DNA of 46,003 nucleotides. Origin: Chrysochromulina tobinii. Its lineage: Eukaryota. The first letter of the stretch is position 1. Each line of letters starts with the position of its first letter. Made by a program: the position numbers and the translations under genes. Where the stretch lies: positions 1 to 46,003 of the forward strand of contig JWZX01003329.1 in the NCBI GenBank assembly GCA_001275005.1, read 5' to 3'. Positions 1-10,465 of the stretch are shown one piece after another. The notes beneath the pieces were generated by a model. That model ran no database searches, was not told where the DNA came from, and was given only the letters and a program-made list of their open reading frames with translations.

Positions 1-3000
1 CCTCGAAGACGATGGTGGCCTGCACCGCCAGTGGAGGCTTGCTCGGGCGGTGTGGGCCTGCACTGGCTGGTGAGAGCAGGGCTGGCGAGAGCAGGCCAGC
101 GAGCGGCATGCCACTACGCTCCGAGCCAAAGCTCACGCGCGCGCCACCGCTCAGCCGACGCGGCAAGAACGATTTGATGCTGAGGACCCCGGGTGAGCGC
201 CCTGCAAACATGCCAGGTCGGCCGCCGCCGCCGCCGCCGCCGCCGTCGCCACTGCCGCCGCCGCCGCCGCCGCCGCCGCCGGTGGCCTTCGCGCTGGCTC
301 CGTATGCTTTGGCCGCCTCGAGAGCCAAGCGAGCGCGATCGCCGAGCGCAATGGCGCTCCGATCGCTCCGATGGAGCTTCTCGGCGAGTCGCTCGGCGAT
401 ACGTTCGAGCAGGCCGGCGGAGTCCTTCTTGCCGCCGCCCAACTCGGCGCTATGGTCCGTGAGCCGCGCGAGGATCGCTTGCTGCAGCTGCTCGGTCAGC
501 TGCTCGACCTCGAGGCGCAACGCCGCGCTCTCACTCTCCGCCACCTCGGCGCGCTGCTGCTGCTCAAGCACCTCCTGACGCGCGGCCGTCAGAGGTGGTG
601 CACCATCTGCAACAAGCGTCACAACGAGTGCTCGGGATGAGTTGTCAGCGGCGGCGCTCGCCTGCTCCGCTGCCGCCTGCTCCGCAGCCACAGGCTCCGC
701 TGCCGTCAGCTCCACTGCCGCCAGCTCCGGTGTCGCCAGCTCCAGTGCCACAGGCTCCGCTGCCGTCAGCTCCACTGCCGCCAGCTCCGGTGTCGCCAGC
801 TCCAGTGCCACAGGCTCCTGCGCTGTCACCAGCTCCGGTTCCGCAGGCTCCGCTGCCGCCGGCTCTGCTGTCAGCTCTACCGCTTCGGCTAGCGACAGCG
901 GTGGCGGAGGAAGGAGAGTCCTCGGATTCGGCGCCGGGCTCGGACCGAGGCTGCCGACTTCGAAAAAGGATTCAATCAGCGCGTTGGGATCGTCGACTTC
1001 GGCCTCATCGTCGAGGTTGGCCATGCTCGTACTCGGAGCGTGGGCGACATCCAAACCTCCAAAGTCACCTCCAAAGTCGACTGGGAGCGAAATTTCCTCG
1101 CCACTCGCCGACACGCGACTCTCAAGCGGCCATCGCACAGCCATCACGGCACTGTCGGATACGGGCGTCGCCAACCAGGGCCACGAGTTGAGCGAGGGCC
1201 ACGAGATGAGCGAGTGAGCAGGTGGGGCTGAGCCGAGCGATACTTGGGACGCCGGGGGCGCCGAGCTGCCGCCAGATGGCGGCGAGCCTAGCAACGAGGC
1301 CGATGAAGGGGGAATGGGGGTGGCTCCAGAAGGTGGCGAGCCTAGCAACGAAGCCGATGCAGGGGGGATGGGGGTGGCTCCAGAAGGTGGCGATCCGAGG
1401 AACGAGGGCGGTGCAGGGGGGATGGGGGTGGCTCCAGAAGTTGGGGAGCCTAGCAGCGAAGGCGACGTCAGGGCAGCATGGATGTCTGCGCTGCTCGCGG
1501 AGCGTATCGGAGGCGTCGAGGAGGCGGGGCTTTGCATCAATCGCCATCCACTGAGTTCGAGCTCGACCGTTTGCTCGTTGTCCGTTCCAGCCTCGTCTGT
1601 TCCGGCCTCGTCCGCTGTAGCCTCGTCCACTACTGCGACGTCCGCTGCCGCCTCGTCCGCTGCCTCGTCCGCTGTCGCATCGTCCAGTGGTGCCTCGTCC
1701 GATGCTGCCTCGTCTGTTAGTGTCGTCGCCGACAACGGTGGTGGCGGTGCAGGCGGCGAAGCGCTCAGGCTGCCTGGTGAGCTCGAGCAAACGGTGAGGG
1801 GCGAGCGCGCTGCCGAAAGAATTTTCACCGACGAGCGTGACCGCGGTGACAGCGGCGCCGACGGCGACAGCGGCGACCGCACCATCACCGCCGACGATGT
1901 AAACTGCAGGCTCGGGCGCGGTGGCGATGCTGGTGGTTCCTCCTCCACTTTCGCCATTGCCCCCGGCTCCGCTGCCCCCTGCTCCACTGCCGCCTGCTCC
2001 ACTGCCACCAGCTCCACGGGCTCCACTGCCGCCAGCTCACCCACTGCCGCCGGCTCCGCCGCCACCGGCACCGCCGCCACCGGCTCCGCCGCCACCGGCT
2101 CCGCCGCCACCTGCTCCACTGCCGCCGGCTCCCCCGCTGCCACCGGCTCCGCCGCCACCTGCTCCGCCGCCACCTGCTCCACTGCCGCCGGCTCCCCCGC
2201 TGCCACCGGCTCCGCCGCCACCGGCTCCGCCGCCACCGGCTCCGCCGCCACCGGCTCCGCCGCCGCCGACTCCACCGCCGCCTGCTCTACCCCCACCTGC
2301 TCCATTGCCGCCAGCTCCACCGGCTCCTCAGAAGCATCCTCTTCTGCCGCAGGCTCCAGCGCCTCGGGATCCACAAACGCCATCTCCTCTGCCGCCTGCT
2401 CCCGCGCGAACGCCGCCGGCGCGTCTGCCATCGTCGCTTCCGCAGCAGCGGCGGGCGCTGTGGCGGGCTCGTCGCACAGCATATGCTCTCTAGGCGCCCC
2501 TGAGGGAGAGGGCGCGTCGCACAGCATATGCTCTCTAGGCGCCCCTGAGGGAGAGGGCGCGTCGCACAGCATATGCTCTCTAGGCGCCCCTGAGGGAGAG
2601 GGCGCGTCGCACAGCATATGCTCTCTAGGCGCCCCTGACGGGGATCGCATTCCCGAGGGTGAGCGCATTCCTGACAGTGAACGAATTCCCGAGGGAGAGC
2701 GCAGTCCTGACACAGAATGCAACCCTGACGGAGAGCGCAGTCCAGACGGAGAATGCAACCCTGACGGAGAGCGCAACCCTGACGGAGAATGCAACCCGGA
2801 CGGAGAGAGCAACCCAGATGGAGAGCGAGGAGCATTGCCGCTCACGGCGGACAGCATACCAAGTGCCCGCCGCTGCTCCGTCCGCGCGGCCGTCTGAGCA
2901 GCACACGCCCGATGGGACGCTCGCTCTCGCGCGTCGCTTGCGGCCGCCACGAGCGCTGCGAGCCCCTGGCGCGCGTGGTAGAGGCGCAGCGTCCCCCGGG

Positions 3001-6000
3001 CGTGCGCACTGGAGGCAGTGAGCGCGGCACTCTCGGAGCTCACGCGTTGCCATTTGGCCAGCGACCGCTTCAGCGACCGCTTCACTGAGGCACGGTCGGC
3101 AGCGGCGGCGGCGTTGTCCACGGTGCGGCGTGCGGCGAGGGCCAGGTGGGACGCCTCGGCCCACTTGCGCAAGCCAACGACGAGCGAGCGATGGGCCAGC
3201 TTGGCGCGCAGTTGGATGCCCTGCTCGACCAGCGTGCAGGCGGCGTACAGGGCGTCGCGCCACACGCGCCACGCCGCCTGGCTATGAGCCACCCTGCGTA
3301 CCGCCACATGGGACTTCACAAAGGAGTCGCGCCGCCGTCGTTGGTCCGCCCGCGCCGCGACCACAGCCGCGCCCCGCGCCCAGCGGGCCACCGCCGCGGA
3401 CGCGGCGCAGTACGCCGCACTGACATCGGCAAGCTCAGTGCATGCTCGTCTAGCTTGCGCCGTCGCACGCCACGCCCGGAGACGACGCGCGCCTTGATGG
3501 ATCGAGAGGCGTGGCGGGTTCAGGTGGCGGCGCTCGCAGGCGACCGCATGCCACGTGTGCATCCCGCGGGATGACGCGCGGTGCCGGAGTGCGTGGCATG
3601 CGGCCGCGGCGAGGCCACGTGCTCGCTTTATGCACGCCGTGCGAGCCTGCAGCTCCCGCCAAGCTCCCCACAGCCTTGAGCGGCGCAAAGCCTGCTGAGC
3701 GTATCGGTACCGCCTCGTCAAGGCAGCCGTCGCATGCCGTCGGAGTGCCGTCAGTGCGAGCCTTCGCGCTCGGCGCTCGGAATGCGCTGCGGCGAATCTC
3801 TCCAAGTGGGAGATCAGCGCATGGCGGCCGCGGCCCACTGCTTGGCACCAATGCGTGATTGCGCGGGAGAGGCGCATCCAGGACATGCCCATGGCCGCGC
3901 AGCCGCAGGTGTCCGCCCAGTCCCTCGCCACTTCACACTCAAGGCAGAGCCGATGCAGGGCGCGCCGGAGCCGTCGGCGGGGGATGGCGTCCGCGAGCTG
4001 GGTGGCCTTGAGCCCGAGTGCCACGTGGCGCCTTCGCTCCCCGAGAGCAGATTGCCACCGGGCGAGGCCGCGGCAGCGCGCTCGCACGGAGTGCACGAGG
4101 CTGAGGCTGCGGCTCACGTGGCGCTGCTTGCTCCGCCAGCACGAGGTTGTACGCCACGCGCGCCACGCCGCCACCAGCCGCGAGCGCTGCTGCATCTGGT
4201 GCGTGCTCGCAGCAATCGCGGCTCCCTCTGCATCGGCGGGCGCGGCTCCTTCGGAATCTGAGGTGGGCGTGGCTGTCAGCGGGGAGCAGCCATCGTCGAG
4301 GCAGTCGCACTCCTCGTCGTCCTCCTCCATGTCGTCAAAGGTGCCCTTGCCCCGAACGACGAGGCCTGCCGCCACCTCGGCAGCGAGGAATGCAGAGGCC
4401 TCAGCCGCGACCGCGCGCTTGGTTGCCGGCGAGGGCGACGGGTGCGAGGGCGACGGGCCTGAGGTCGAAGGGCTCTGCCGAGCACGGCCGCGCGAGGGAG
4501 AGGGCGAGAGCGAGGTGTGGAGGGCGAGCACGGCCGCGGTGCTCGCGATCGCGTCATCCCACATCTCCGTGCGCAGCTCCGCCATCGCCTCGGCCAGCAC
4601 GGCTGTGGAAAGCACCTCGGCCGCCGTGTCGAGCTCCTTGTCCTGCGCCTCGAGCTTGAGCCATGCCACCGAGTAGCGCAGGTCGCTCAACCGCCTCGAA
4701 GTGCTCGTCACCCAATCGGTGGTGGCTGGCAGCTCGGCCGACGCAGCGGAGGAGCGGCTGGCCATGCTTGGAGTTCTCAGAGCCGAACGCGAGGCGGGGG
4801 ACGCCTCCGCCGCTGCCGCCTCCGCCGCCGTCGCCACCGCCGCCGCCGCCGCCGCCGCCGCCTCCGCCGCCTCCGCCTGCAACGCCGTCTCCGCCGCCTC
4901 CGCCTGCAACGGCGCCTCCGCCTGCAACGGCGCCTCCGCCTCCGCCTGCAACGTCGCCGCCACCGACTCAGCCCCCGCAGCCGCCCCCTCGGCTGCTGCC
5001 GCCGTAGTCGCCCGCTCCACTGCAGCCGCCGCAGCTACCTCCACGGCCACCCTTTCCGCCTCACGGCGCTCGACACGGCGCTCGGAACTCGCCTCCACTG
5101 CGGCCACGTGCTGCATCTCCTCGCGCCCGCGCTGCATCTCCTCGCGCCCGCGCTCAGAATGCACCCACGCACGCCACACTCCCAGCGCCCACAGCCGGCG
5201 GCGGCGCGTCGCCGCACGCGCGGGGGCGGCCACCACATTGGATCGCCACGTGGCCGCAAAAGAGGCGCTCGCCCATCGGCGCCACGCACGCTGCGCCCGC
5301 CGAGCACGCAGCGTCCGCCGAGCGTGCGCCGCCTGCGCCTGCGCGTCGATGACGAGCCTCGCGCGCTCGGCCCACGATCGGAGTGACGTGTACACTCGCA
5401 TCGCAACCGCGGAATAGCCCGGCGAGAGAGCCCACTTGGCCAGCCCTTCGTGGCGCCGTGGCGGACGGAGTGTCCGAAGCACCCGGCTCGTGACGGCGTA
5501 GAGGTGATGGCGCTTGCCGAGCGCGTACGCCCGCCGCGTCGCCGCCTTCTGCTCAACAGCCGCGTGCCACGTCACCATCGCGCGCGAACGCGCCCAGCCA
5601 CGGGCCTTGGAGCTCAGGAGGCAGTTACGCTCGTGCGTGGTGGCGCCCAGTGCCCGCGTGAGCCGCCACTGCGCCCAGGCCGCCTGCGCCGCCTGCTGAC
5701 GGCACCAGCGTCGCGCCGCCGCAAGCGCGCCGGATTTCCGCAGCCGCGCCGACGCACGCCGCTGCCACAGCAGGAGCGTTCGGAGCAGGGTGCCCTGCCG
5801 GACCGACCAGGCGCGCCCGCCGCAGCGCGTCCCTTGGAGGTGATGCTGGCGGCGTGCCGCAGCGCTCCAAGCACCAAAGGCTCCGCGGCAATGCCCGCGT
5901 GTGCGCCGGGCCAGTGAGGCCTCGATGCGTCGCTCGTGTGCCTCGCGCTCCGCGAGCCGTCGAAGCCACGTGTAGCACGCCGCACGTAACGCGCGGCGCA

Positions 6001-9000
6001 CTCCGCCGCGCGCATACATGGAGTGCGCGCGGCTATGGCGCGCGACCCTCACCCTGCGCAGCTGCTCTTGCGAGGCGAGATACCACAGCCAGCGCCCGAA
6101 GAGCGGCCGGCGGCGCGAGAGCAGCGCCGCCAGCCGCTCGGCCTCCGCGGCGCTGTGTTCCTCGGCACGCGAGGTGCGCCATTGGTGGAAGTTGACGAAG
6201 CCGAGGTGCACCGCCGACGCGTCAGCTCGGCGCTCCGCGCGCTGCCGCTGCAGCGCTGCTTGCATGCGCCGCGTCGCTGCGATCTGCCAACGGCACAGCA
6301 GGTTCTGCTGCAGGTGCACGGTAGCTCGCGACGCGTCGCGTACGCTCTTGGCGCAGCCCCGAAAGCGTCGCCACGCCCTTTGCAGATTCGCCACGTGCGA
6401 GTAGGCTGCAGAGTCCCATAGTCGTCGGAACACTACCGCGGCTCGCGCCCAGAGGCGCCAGCACGCTCGCCAAGCGGCGCGAGCGGCGCTCGTGCGAGCT
6501 GTCTCGGCGGCTGACTCGAGGGCGGCGGCGCGCACGGCACGGAGGCGCCAGCGGCGGCAGAGCCAAAAGCGGCGGCTGTCGTCGAGCGAGGCGCGGCGCG
6601 AGGCGAGCAGCAGCGAGGGCTGCAGGGTCGTGGCGCGTTGAGATCGGGTCGCCGGCGTGTTGGCGGACGCGCACGCAAGGGAGAGGGGACGGGGTCGGGG
6701 GGTGGTGGTGGCGAGGAGGGTGGCCGCGGCGGCGGGGGCGGTGGAGGCGAGGGCTCCGATCGGCAGCGAGGCGATGGAGGCGATGTGCTGCTTGAGGGCG
6801 GCAGCGACTCGCCATGCAGCCGCGTCGGCGTGCGCGGTTGCGGTGGCACTGTGGCGCACGTCGTCGAGTAGCGAGCTGGAGTAGCTCTGCGGCTTGGCGA
6901 CGTTGAGACCATGGCCGCCGCCGCCGCCGCCGCTGCTGAGGGTGGTGATCGGTGCAGAGGCGGGACGGCGGCGGCGTGCAGGCTGCACGCGCTCGACCAG
7001 TTGCCGAAACTGGCGCCGCCGCCACAAGCGGACTGCTCTCGAGCTCTGATCGGCCTCGGCGAGGGCGTCGATGCAGGCGGCGCGCAGGGCGGCGGTGCCG
7101 AGACTCAATTGGCACAAGCGTCCGGCGAGACGTGCCGAGTGCAGCAGCAGCGCATCGTCCCTCCGCTCCAGGCATCGAAAGTTGAGCTTCCGCCACGCAA
7201 GGCGCATCGCCGTGCCGGAGGCGGCTGGCGCCGCTCGACGCAGCGCCCGCGCAGTGCATGCGACGCGTGTGAGCGCTCGCAGCCCGCGCGCTTTCACAGC
7301 TCTCTGCCAACGCGCCACCGCCGTTTGGAGCTTGCGTTCATGGACGACACCGCCCAACCAGTCAAAGAAGCCCACGAACTGCGCCGCGAGCGCCCGGCGT
7401 GCGAGCAGCTGGCGGAGCACACAGAGCGGCCTGCAGTGGCGGCAGAGCTGGCCGAGGGCGCGCACGAGCGCACGGTGCGCTCCACGTCGAGCCCCATAGA
7501 CGAGGAGCGCCCTGGCGCGGGCGCGCGTCCGAAACTCGAGCAGCCGCGAGCGAAGCGCAACCGCCGCCGCGCCGCGCCGCCACGCGTCGTCCCACGCGAC
7601 GAGCTCGCGGCAGCGACGCCAGCGGCTGAAGGCGTCGAGAAGCTGATCAACCTCGCGTACGCGTCGATCAGCGTGCTCACGAGAACGCTCATCGGACGCG
7701 CAGCTCCACAGCCGCCACGCCGCCAGCACGGCGCGCGAGCGCGCGCGTGCCGCCCCGACGCGGCCGTTAGCCCCGAAGGCCCCGAGGGCGCATAGCCGCC
7801 GCCAAGCATCGACCCAGCTGGCGGCGCGTGCATGCGCGAGGCACCGGCTCGAGATGCGATGGAGATTCCGCTGCCGGCGTCCCGCGGCCGCCGCTTGGAG
7901 GAGGGCCTGCACCGCTTCGGTCGCTTGGCGCGTTGCCACGAGATGGGTCACGCCCGCGACGGCGCGGCGCAGGCGGGCCGCCTCGAGCAGCGCGCTCGCC
8001 ACGCTCGAGCGCCACCTCACCACCAAGGCCGAGAGGGTGCACGTGCGCCCAAGACGGCGCGCCCAGCGCTGCAACGCCGCCGTGGGCGTCCACGAGCTCC
8101 AACGGCCGAGGGCCTTCCGCAACTCAGAGTGCCCGTGAAGCACGCGCAACGCGGCGCTCGCGGCGGCAACGGCGGCGACGAGCGGGCCGCGCTGCTGCGC
8201 CGCCGTGCGCCATGCCGAGAACAGGCGCCCGAGACGGCGCTGCCGAGCCTTGTGGGAAAGGGATCCCCACTGGCGCGCGCGCTCCGCCACGAAGGCGAGC
8301 CAGCCTCGGCGCCGGTGAGCGCGCGCTGCTAGGGCCGCGGCCAGGGAGGAGAAGCGGCGGCAGGCGCGTAGGTGCGACGTGGCCGAGGTGAGGCGCCTCC
8401 AGCTGCGGAGCACACGGACGCGGTAGCGCGCGGCGAGCTGCAGTCGGCGAGGCGGGCCCAGGTGCGCCTTCCAACGAACGAGGAGCGCACGGCGCAGCCG
8501 AGAGCGTCGGCGCCACGCGTCTGCGAAGCCGAGGACGAGCTGGAGGAGCCAGATGCGTTTCCGATGGTCAGCGAGCGCCTGGCGCCAGCGCACCCATGCC
8601 TTGCGCTGCCGGAGGCGCCCCGCCGCTTTCACCTCGCGCTCCTCGACGATGCTGCTCACGATGACGGCCGCTCGCCAGTCGTGCCAGCACAGCGCGACGC
8701 TCTGCAAGAGCTGCCGGAGGGACGCGCGCGCCGCCAGCGCCTCGCGCTCCTCGGCGCGCCGAGCCCGCGCGGCGGCGGCCTGCCAGCCGTGCCAGCCCAG
8801 CGCGAGGCGCTGCAGCCGCTGCCGGTGCAATGCGAGCATCGCTCGGCGCGCCTGGGCGGCGCGAACCACCCAACAGTTCCATGCTGTGAGCACCGGCAGC
8901 TCCCCTCTCCACGGTGCCCCCGCAGCGGCCTCCACCACACCCGAACGAGCGTGCCCCTCGTGAGGGAGCGTGCCCAGTAGCAGGTCAGCGATCGAGAGGG

Positions 9001-10207
9001 CGGAGCCCGCCTGCCAGCGGCGCATGCCGAACGAGAGCACCTCGCGCCGTCGCCGGCCGCGTGCCATCGCCGTGCGTAAGCGCGCCGTGGCGAGCGAACA
9101 ACTCACGCGCCGCCACCCATCGAAGGCGGCGAGGACGGCAGCGGCAGCGGCGAGCGCGTCGGCGTCTCCCAGAGCCGCGCGCTCGCTCAGCGCGGCGACG
9201 GTGCGCTCGCGCCACCGGGCCCACGCACGAAGCGCCGCCTCCGCACCGTCGTACTCGAACGTCTCCTCTTCCTCGCCCACGCCATCGTGCTCGAGCCCAG
9301 AGTGAACGCATTGCAAGTCTGCTTCGTCCATTTCGTCCATTTCGTCCACGCCATCCTGCTCGAGCCCATAGCGTACGCTACGCAGTTTCTCCGGGCTCTG
9401 GCTGAGACCCCAGGAGAGCAATGCCTTTTGGGGAGGCGGTAGGTCGAGCGTGCCCGTGAGGTGGCCGAGCGCTAGGGCGCGTCGTGCCTCTGCCTCGTGA
9501 CCTGTTTGCATGCTCGAGTGCGCCCCATCATCGATGCTCGACGCTTCGTCTTCTTCCGCCCCGTCGTCGTCGAATTCGTCTGCCTCCGCATACTCCTCGC
9601 CCACCACGTCCGTATCGTCGGCATGGCCGACGCCACCCTCGCCGGTAGCATCGTCCGGGGACGGTGCGTTACGCGGGCGCTCGACGGCCCGGGGCTGGGC
9701 AGCGTCCGCGCCGTCAGCCACGATGGCCTCGAAGCAGAGCGTGCCCGACGGGGAGCTCTCTAGGCGCTGCTGCCGTGGCGGAGGCAGAAGCGGCGAGTGC
9801 CGTTCGGTGCGCGAGGCCTGCATCGCGTCTATAAGTGCCATGGGCAGCGCCTCCCGGTGACGGCGCCCCTTGGCGATCTCGGCCGCCTTGACTTCGAGGC
9901 TCTTGTTGCGGGCCAGCCAGAAGGCGGCACGCGCAGCAGCTTCCTCGGCGCTCTCGGAATCTGCCAAGCTGCTCGGCTGCGGAACAGCAGCATCCGGATG
10001 ATGTCGTGGTGGTGAGCTCGGCGGCGAGCTCGCGCGTTTGTCTGGCGGGTTAGACGCGGCGGCGCTCCACTGCTTAAAGGCGGCACGAAGCGGCAGGTTG
10101 GCGACGCGGAAGTGGTCGCCGACGAAGGGAGTGAGGTGCAGAGCATCCATAGCGAGGATGGACGCCGCGTCCGCCTTCAACACCGCAGCCAGCGACGGCA
10201 CAGACAT
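1..10207 (-). CDS. Giant (>3400 aa, 3'-partial) protein with Sfi1-like W-xx-W-R repeats, coiled coils and low-complexity tandem repeats
   Basis: ATG at 10207 (MSVPSLAAVLKADAASIL) lies downstream of an in-frame stop near 10305. The ORF track lists no terminated minus-strand ORF in this frame between 1 and ~10300, consistent with an open frame running off the window. Manual translation gives ALRAWARWRER, AAFDGWRRV, LALGWHGWQAA, VALCWHDWRAA, RKAWVRWRQA, AAWRVWRDA and a C-terminal coiled coil (EVEQLTEQLQQ). The many plus-strand ORFs here are antisense shadows. Confidence 0.8.
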   Translation of the reverse strand, partial: MSVPSLAAVLKADAASILAMDALHLTPFVGDHFRVANLPLRAAFKQWSAAASNPPDKRASSPPSSPPRHHPDAAVPQPSSLADSESAEEAAARAAFWLARNKSLEVKAAEIAKGRRHREALPMALIDAMQASRTERHSPLLPPPRQQRLESSPSGTLCFEAIVADGADAAQPRAVERPRNAPSPDDATGEGGVGHADDTDVVGEEYAEADEFDDDGAEEDEASSIDDGAHSSMQTGHEAEARRALALGHLTGTLDLPPPQKALLSWGLSQSPEKLRSVRYGLEQDGVDEMDEMDEADLQCVHSGLEHDGVGEEEETFEYDGAEAALRAWARWRERTVAALSERAALGDADALAAAAAVLAAFDGWRRVSCSLATARLRTAMARGRRRREVLSFGMRRWQAGSALSIADLLLGTLPHEGHARSGVVEAAAGAPWRGELPVLTAWNCWVVRAAQARRAMLALHRQRLQRLALGWHGWQAAAARARRAEEREALAARASLRQLLQSVALCWHDWRAAVIVSSIVEEREVKAAGRLRQRKAWVRWRQALADHRKRIWLLQLVLGFADAWRRRSRLRRALLVRWKAHLGPPRRLQLAARYRVRVLRSWRRLTSATSHLRACRRFSSLAAALAARAHRRRGWLAFVAERARQWGSLSHKARQRRLGRLFSAWRTAAQQRGPLVAAVAAASAALRVLHGHSELRKALGRWSSWTPTAALQRWARRLGRTCTLSALVVRWRSSVASALLEAARLRRAVAGVTHLVATRQATEAVQALLQAAAAGRRQRNLHRISSRCLAHARAASWVDAWRRLCALGAFGANGRVGAARARSRAVLAAWRLWSCASDERSREHADRRVREVDQLLDAFSRWRRCRELVAWDDAWRRGAAAVALRSRLLEFRTRARARALLVYGARRGAHRALVRALGQLCRHCRPLCVLRQLLARRALAAQFVGFFDWLGGVVHERKLQTAVARWQRAVKARGLRALTRVACTARALRRAAPAASGTAMRLAWRKLNFRCLERRDDALLLHSARLAGRLCQLSLGTAALRAACIDALAEADQSSRAVRLWRRRQFRQLVERVQPARRRRPASAPITTLSSGGGGGGHGLNVAKPQSYSSSLLDDVRHSATATAHADAAAWRVAAALKQHIASIASLPIGALASTAPAAAATLLATTTPRPRPLSLACASANTPATRSQRATTLQPSLLLASRRASLDDSRRFWLCRRWRLRAVRAAALESAAETARTSAARAAWRACWRLWARAAVVFRRLWDSAAYSHVANLQRAWRRFRGCAKSVRDASRATVHLQQNLLCRWQIAATRRMQAALQRQRAERRADASAVHLGFVNFHQWRTSRAEEHSAAEAERLAALLSRRRPLFGRWLWYLASQEQLRRVRVARHSRAHSMYARGGVRRALRAACYTWLRRLAEREAHERRIEASLARRTRGHCRGAFGAWSAAARRQHHLQGTRCGGRAWSVRQGTLLRTLLLWQRRASARLRKSGALAAARRWCRQQAAQAAWAQWRLTRALGATTHERNCLLSSKARGWARSRAMVTWHAAVEQKAATRRAYALGKRHHLYAVTSRVLRTLRPPRRHEGLAKWALSPGYSAVAMRVYTSLRSWAERARLVIDAQAQAAHARRTLRARRAQRAWRRWASASFAATWRSNVVAAPARAATRRRRLWALGVWRAWVHSERGREEMQRGREEMQHVAAVEASSERRVERREAERVAVEVAAAAAVERATTAAAAEGAAAGAESVAATLQAEAEAPLQAEAPLQAEAAETALQAEAAEAAAAAAAAVATAAEAAAAEASPASRSALRTPSMASRSSAASAELPATTDWVTSTSRRLSDLRYSVAWLKLEAQDKELDTAAEVLSTAVLAEAMAELRTEMWDDAIASTAAVLALHTSLSPSPSRGRARQSPSTSGPSPSHPSPSPATKRAVAAEASAFLAAEVAAGLVVRGKGTFDDMEEDDEECDCLDDGCSPLTATPTSDSEGAAPADAEGAAIAASTHQMQQRSRLVAAWRAWRTTSCWRSKQRHVSRSLSLVHSVRARCRGLARWQSALGERRRHVALGLKATQLADAIPRRRLRRALHRLCLECEVARDWADTCGCAAMGMSWMRLSRAITHWCQAVGRGRHALISHLERFAAAHSERRARRLALTALRRHATAALTRRYRYAQQALRRSRLWGAWRELQARTACIKRARGLAAAACHALRHRASSRGMHTWHAVACERRHLNPPRLSIHQGARRLRAWRATAQARRACTELADVSAAYCAASAAVARWARGAAVVAARADQRRRRDSFVKSHVAVRRVAHSQAAWRVWRDALYAACTLVEQGIQLRAKLAHRSLVVGLRKWAEASHLALAARRTVDNAAAAADRASVKRSLKRSLAKWQRVSSESAALTASSAHARGTLRLYHARQGLAALVAAASDARERASHRACAAQTAARTEQRRALGMLSAVSGNAPRSPSGLLSPSGLHSPSGLRSPSGLHSPSGLRSPSGLHSVSGLRSPSGIRSLSGMRSPSGMRSPSGAPREHMLCDAPSPSGAPREHMLCDAPSPSGAPREHMLCDAPSPSGAPREHMLCDEPATAPAAAAEATMADAPAAFAREQAAEEMAFVDPEALEPAAEEDASEEPVELAAMEQVGVEQAAVESAAAEPVAAEPVAAEPVAAEPVAAGEPAAVEQVAAEQVAAEPVAAGEPAAVEQVAAEPVAAEPVAAVPVAAEPAAVGELAAVEPVELVAVEQAAVEQGAAEPGAMAKVEEEPPASPPRPSLQFTSSAVMVRSPLSPSAPLSPRSRSSVKILSAARSPLTVCSSSPGSLSASPPAPPPPLSATTLTDEAASDEAPLDDATADEAADEAAADVAVVDEATADEAGTDEAGTDNEQTVELELSGWRLMQSPASSTPPIRSASSADIHAALTSPSLLGSPTSGATPIPPAPPSFLGSPPSGATPIPPASASLLGSPPSGATPIPPSSASLLGSPPSGGSSAPPASQVSLGSAPPAHSLISWPSLNSWPWLATPVSDSAVMAVRWPLESRVSASGEEISLPVDFGGDFGGLDVAHAPSTSMANLDDEAEVDDPNALIESFFEVGSLGPSPAPNPRTLLPPPPLSLAEAVELTAEPAAAEPAEPELVTAQEPVALELATPELAAVELTAAEPVALELATPELAAVELTAAEPVAAEQAAAEQASAAADNSSRALVVTLVADGAPPLTAARQEVLEQQQRAEVAESESAALRLEVEQLTEQLQQAILARLTDHSAELGGGKKDSAGLLERIAERLAEKLHRSDRSAIALGDRARLALEAAKAYGASAKATGGGGGGGGGSGDGGGGGGGGRPGMFAGRSPGVLSIKSFLPRRLSGGARVSFGSERSGMPLAGLLSPALLSPASAGPHRPSKPPLAVQATIVFE
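680..2825. repeat. Coding tandem repeat blocks within the giant ORF: 60-nt x2 (~690-820), 54-nt x3-4 (~1270-1460), 15-nt EPVAA array (~1960-2290), 45-nt x4 (~2471-2638), 18-nt SPSGxx array (~2640-2825)
   Basis: Directly visible, e.g. gtcgcacagcatatgctctctaggcgcccctgagggagagggcgc repeated. All unit lengths are multiples of 3. Confidence 0.9.
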
Positions 10208-10465
10208 GACTATCGAAAGCCGGTTGGGGGCACTGGTGAGGCAGGAAAAAGGCCGGCTGTGGAATTGACGAAGTACGCCTTGGCTAACGCGACACGAATT
10301 CGATCAGCAAAGGAAGTGTGTACGAATGGTGTAGGCGAGAAAGTGCCGTATTCACATATTCACAGACGCATTCGCTGAGCGCTCGTGAGCGCTCGTCGAT
10401 TTTGGAAGTACGGATATTGGGTTGGCCAGCCGCGAGGGTGCTTGGCCTCGGCGGCAGCTGGAGGA

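Noticed and set aside
2471..2638. Regular repeats as a CRISPR array
   Set aside because: Head-to-tail units with no unique spacers, in-frame coding, no cas genes, eukaryotic context.
12..10015. Numerous plus-strand Pro/Ala/Ser-rich ORFs (e.g. 1314-2897, PAPLP repeats)
   Set aside because: Antisense shadows of the giant minus-strand ORF in GC-rich DNA.
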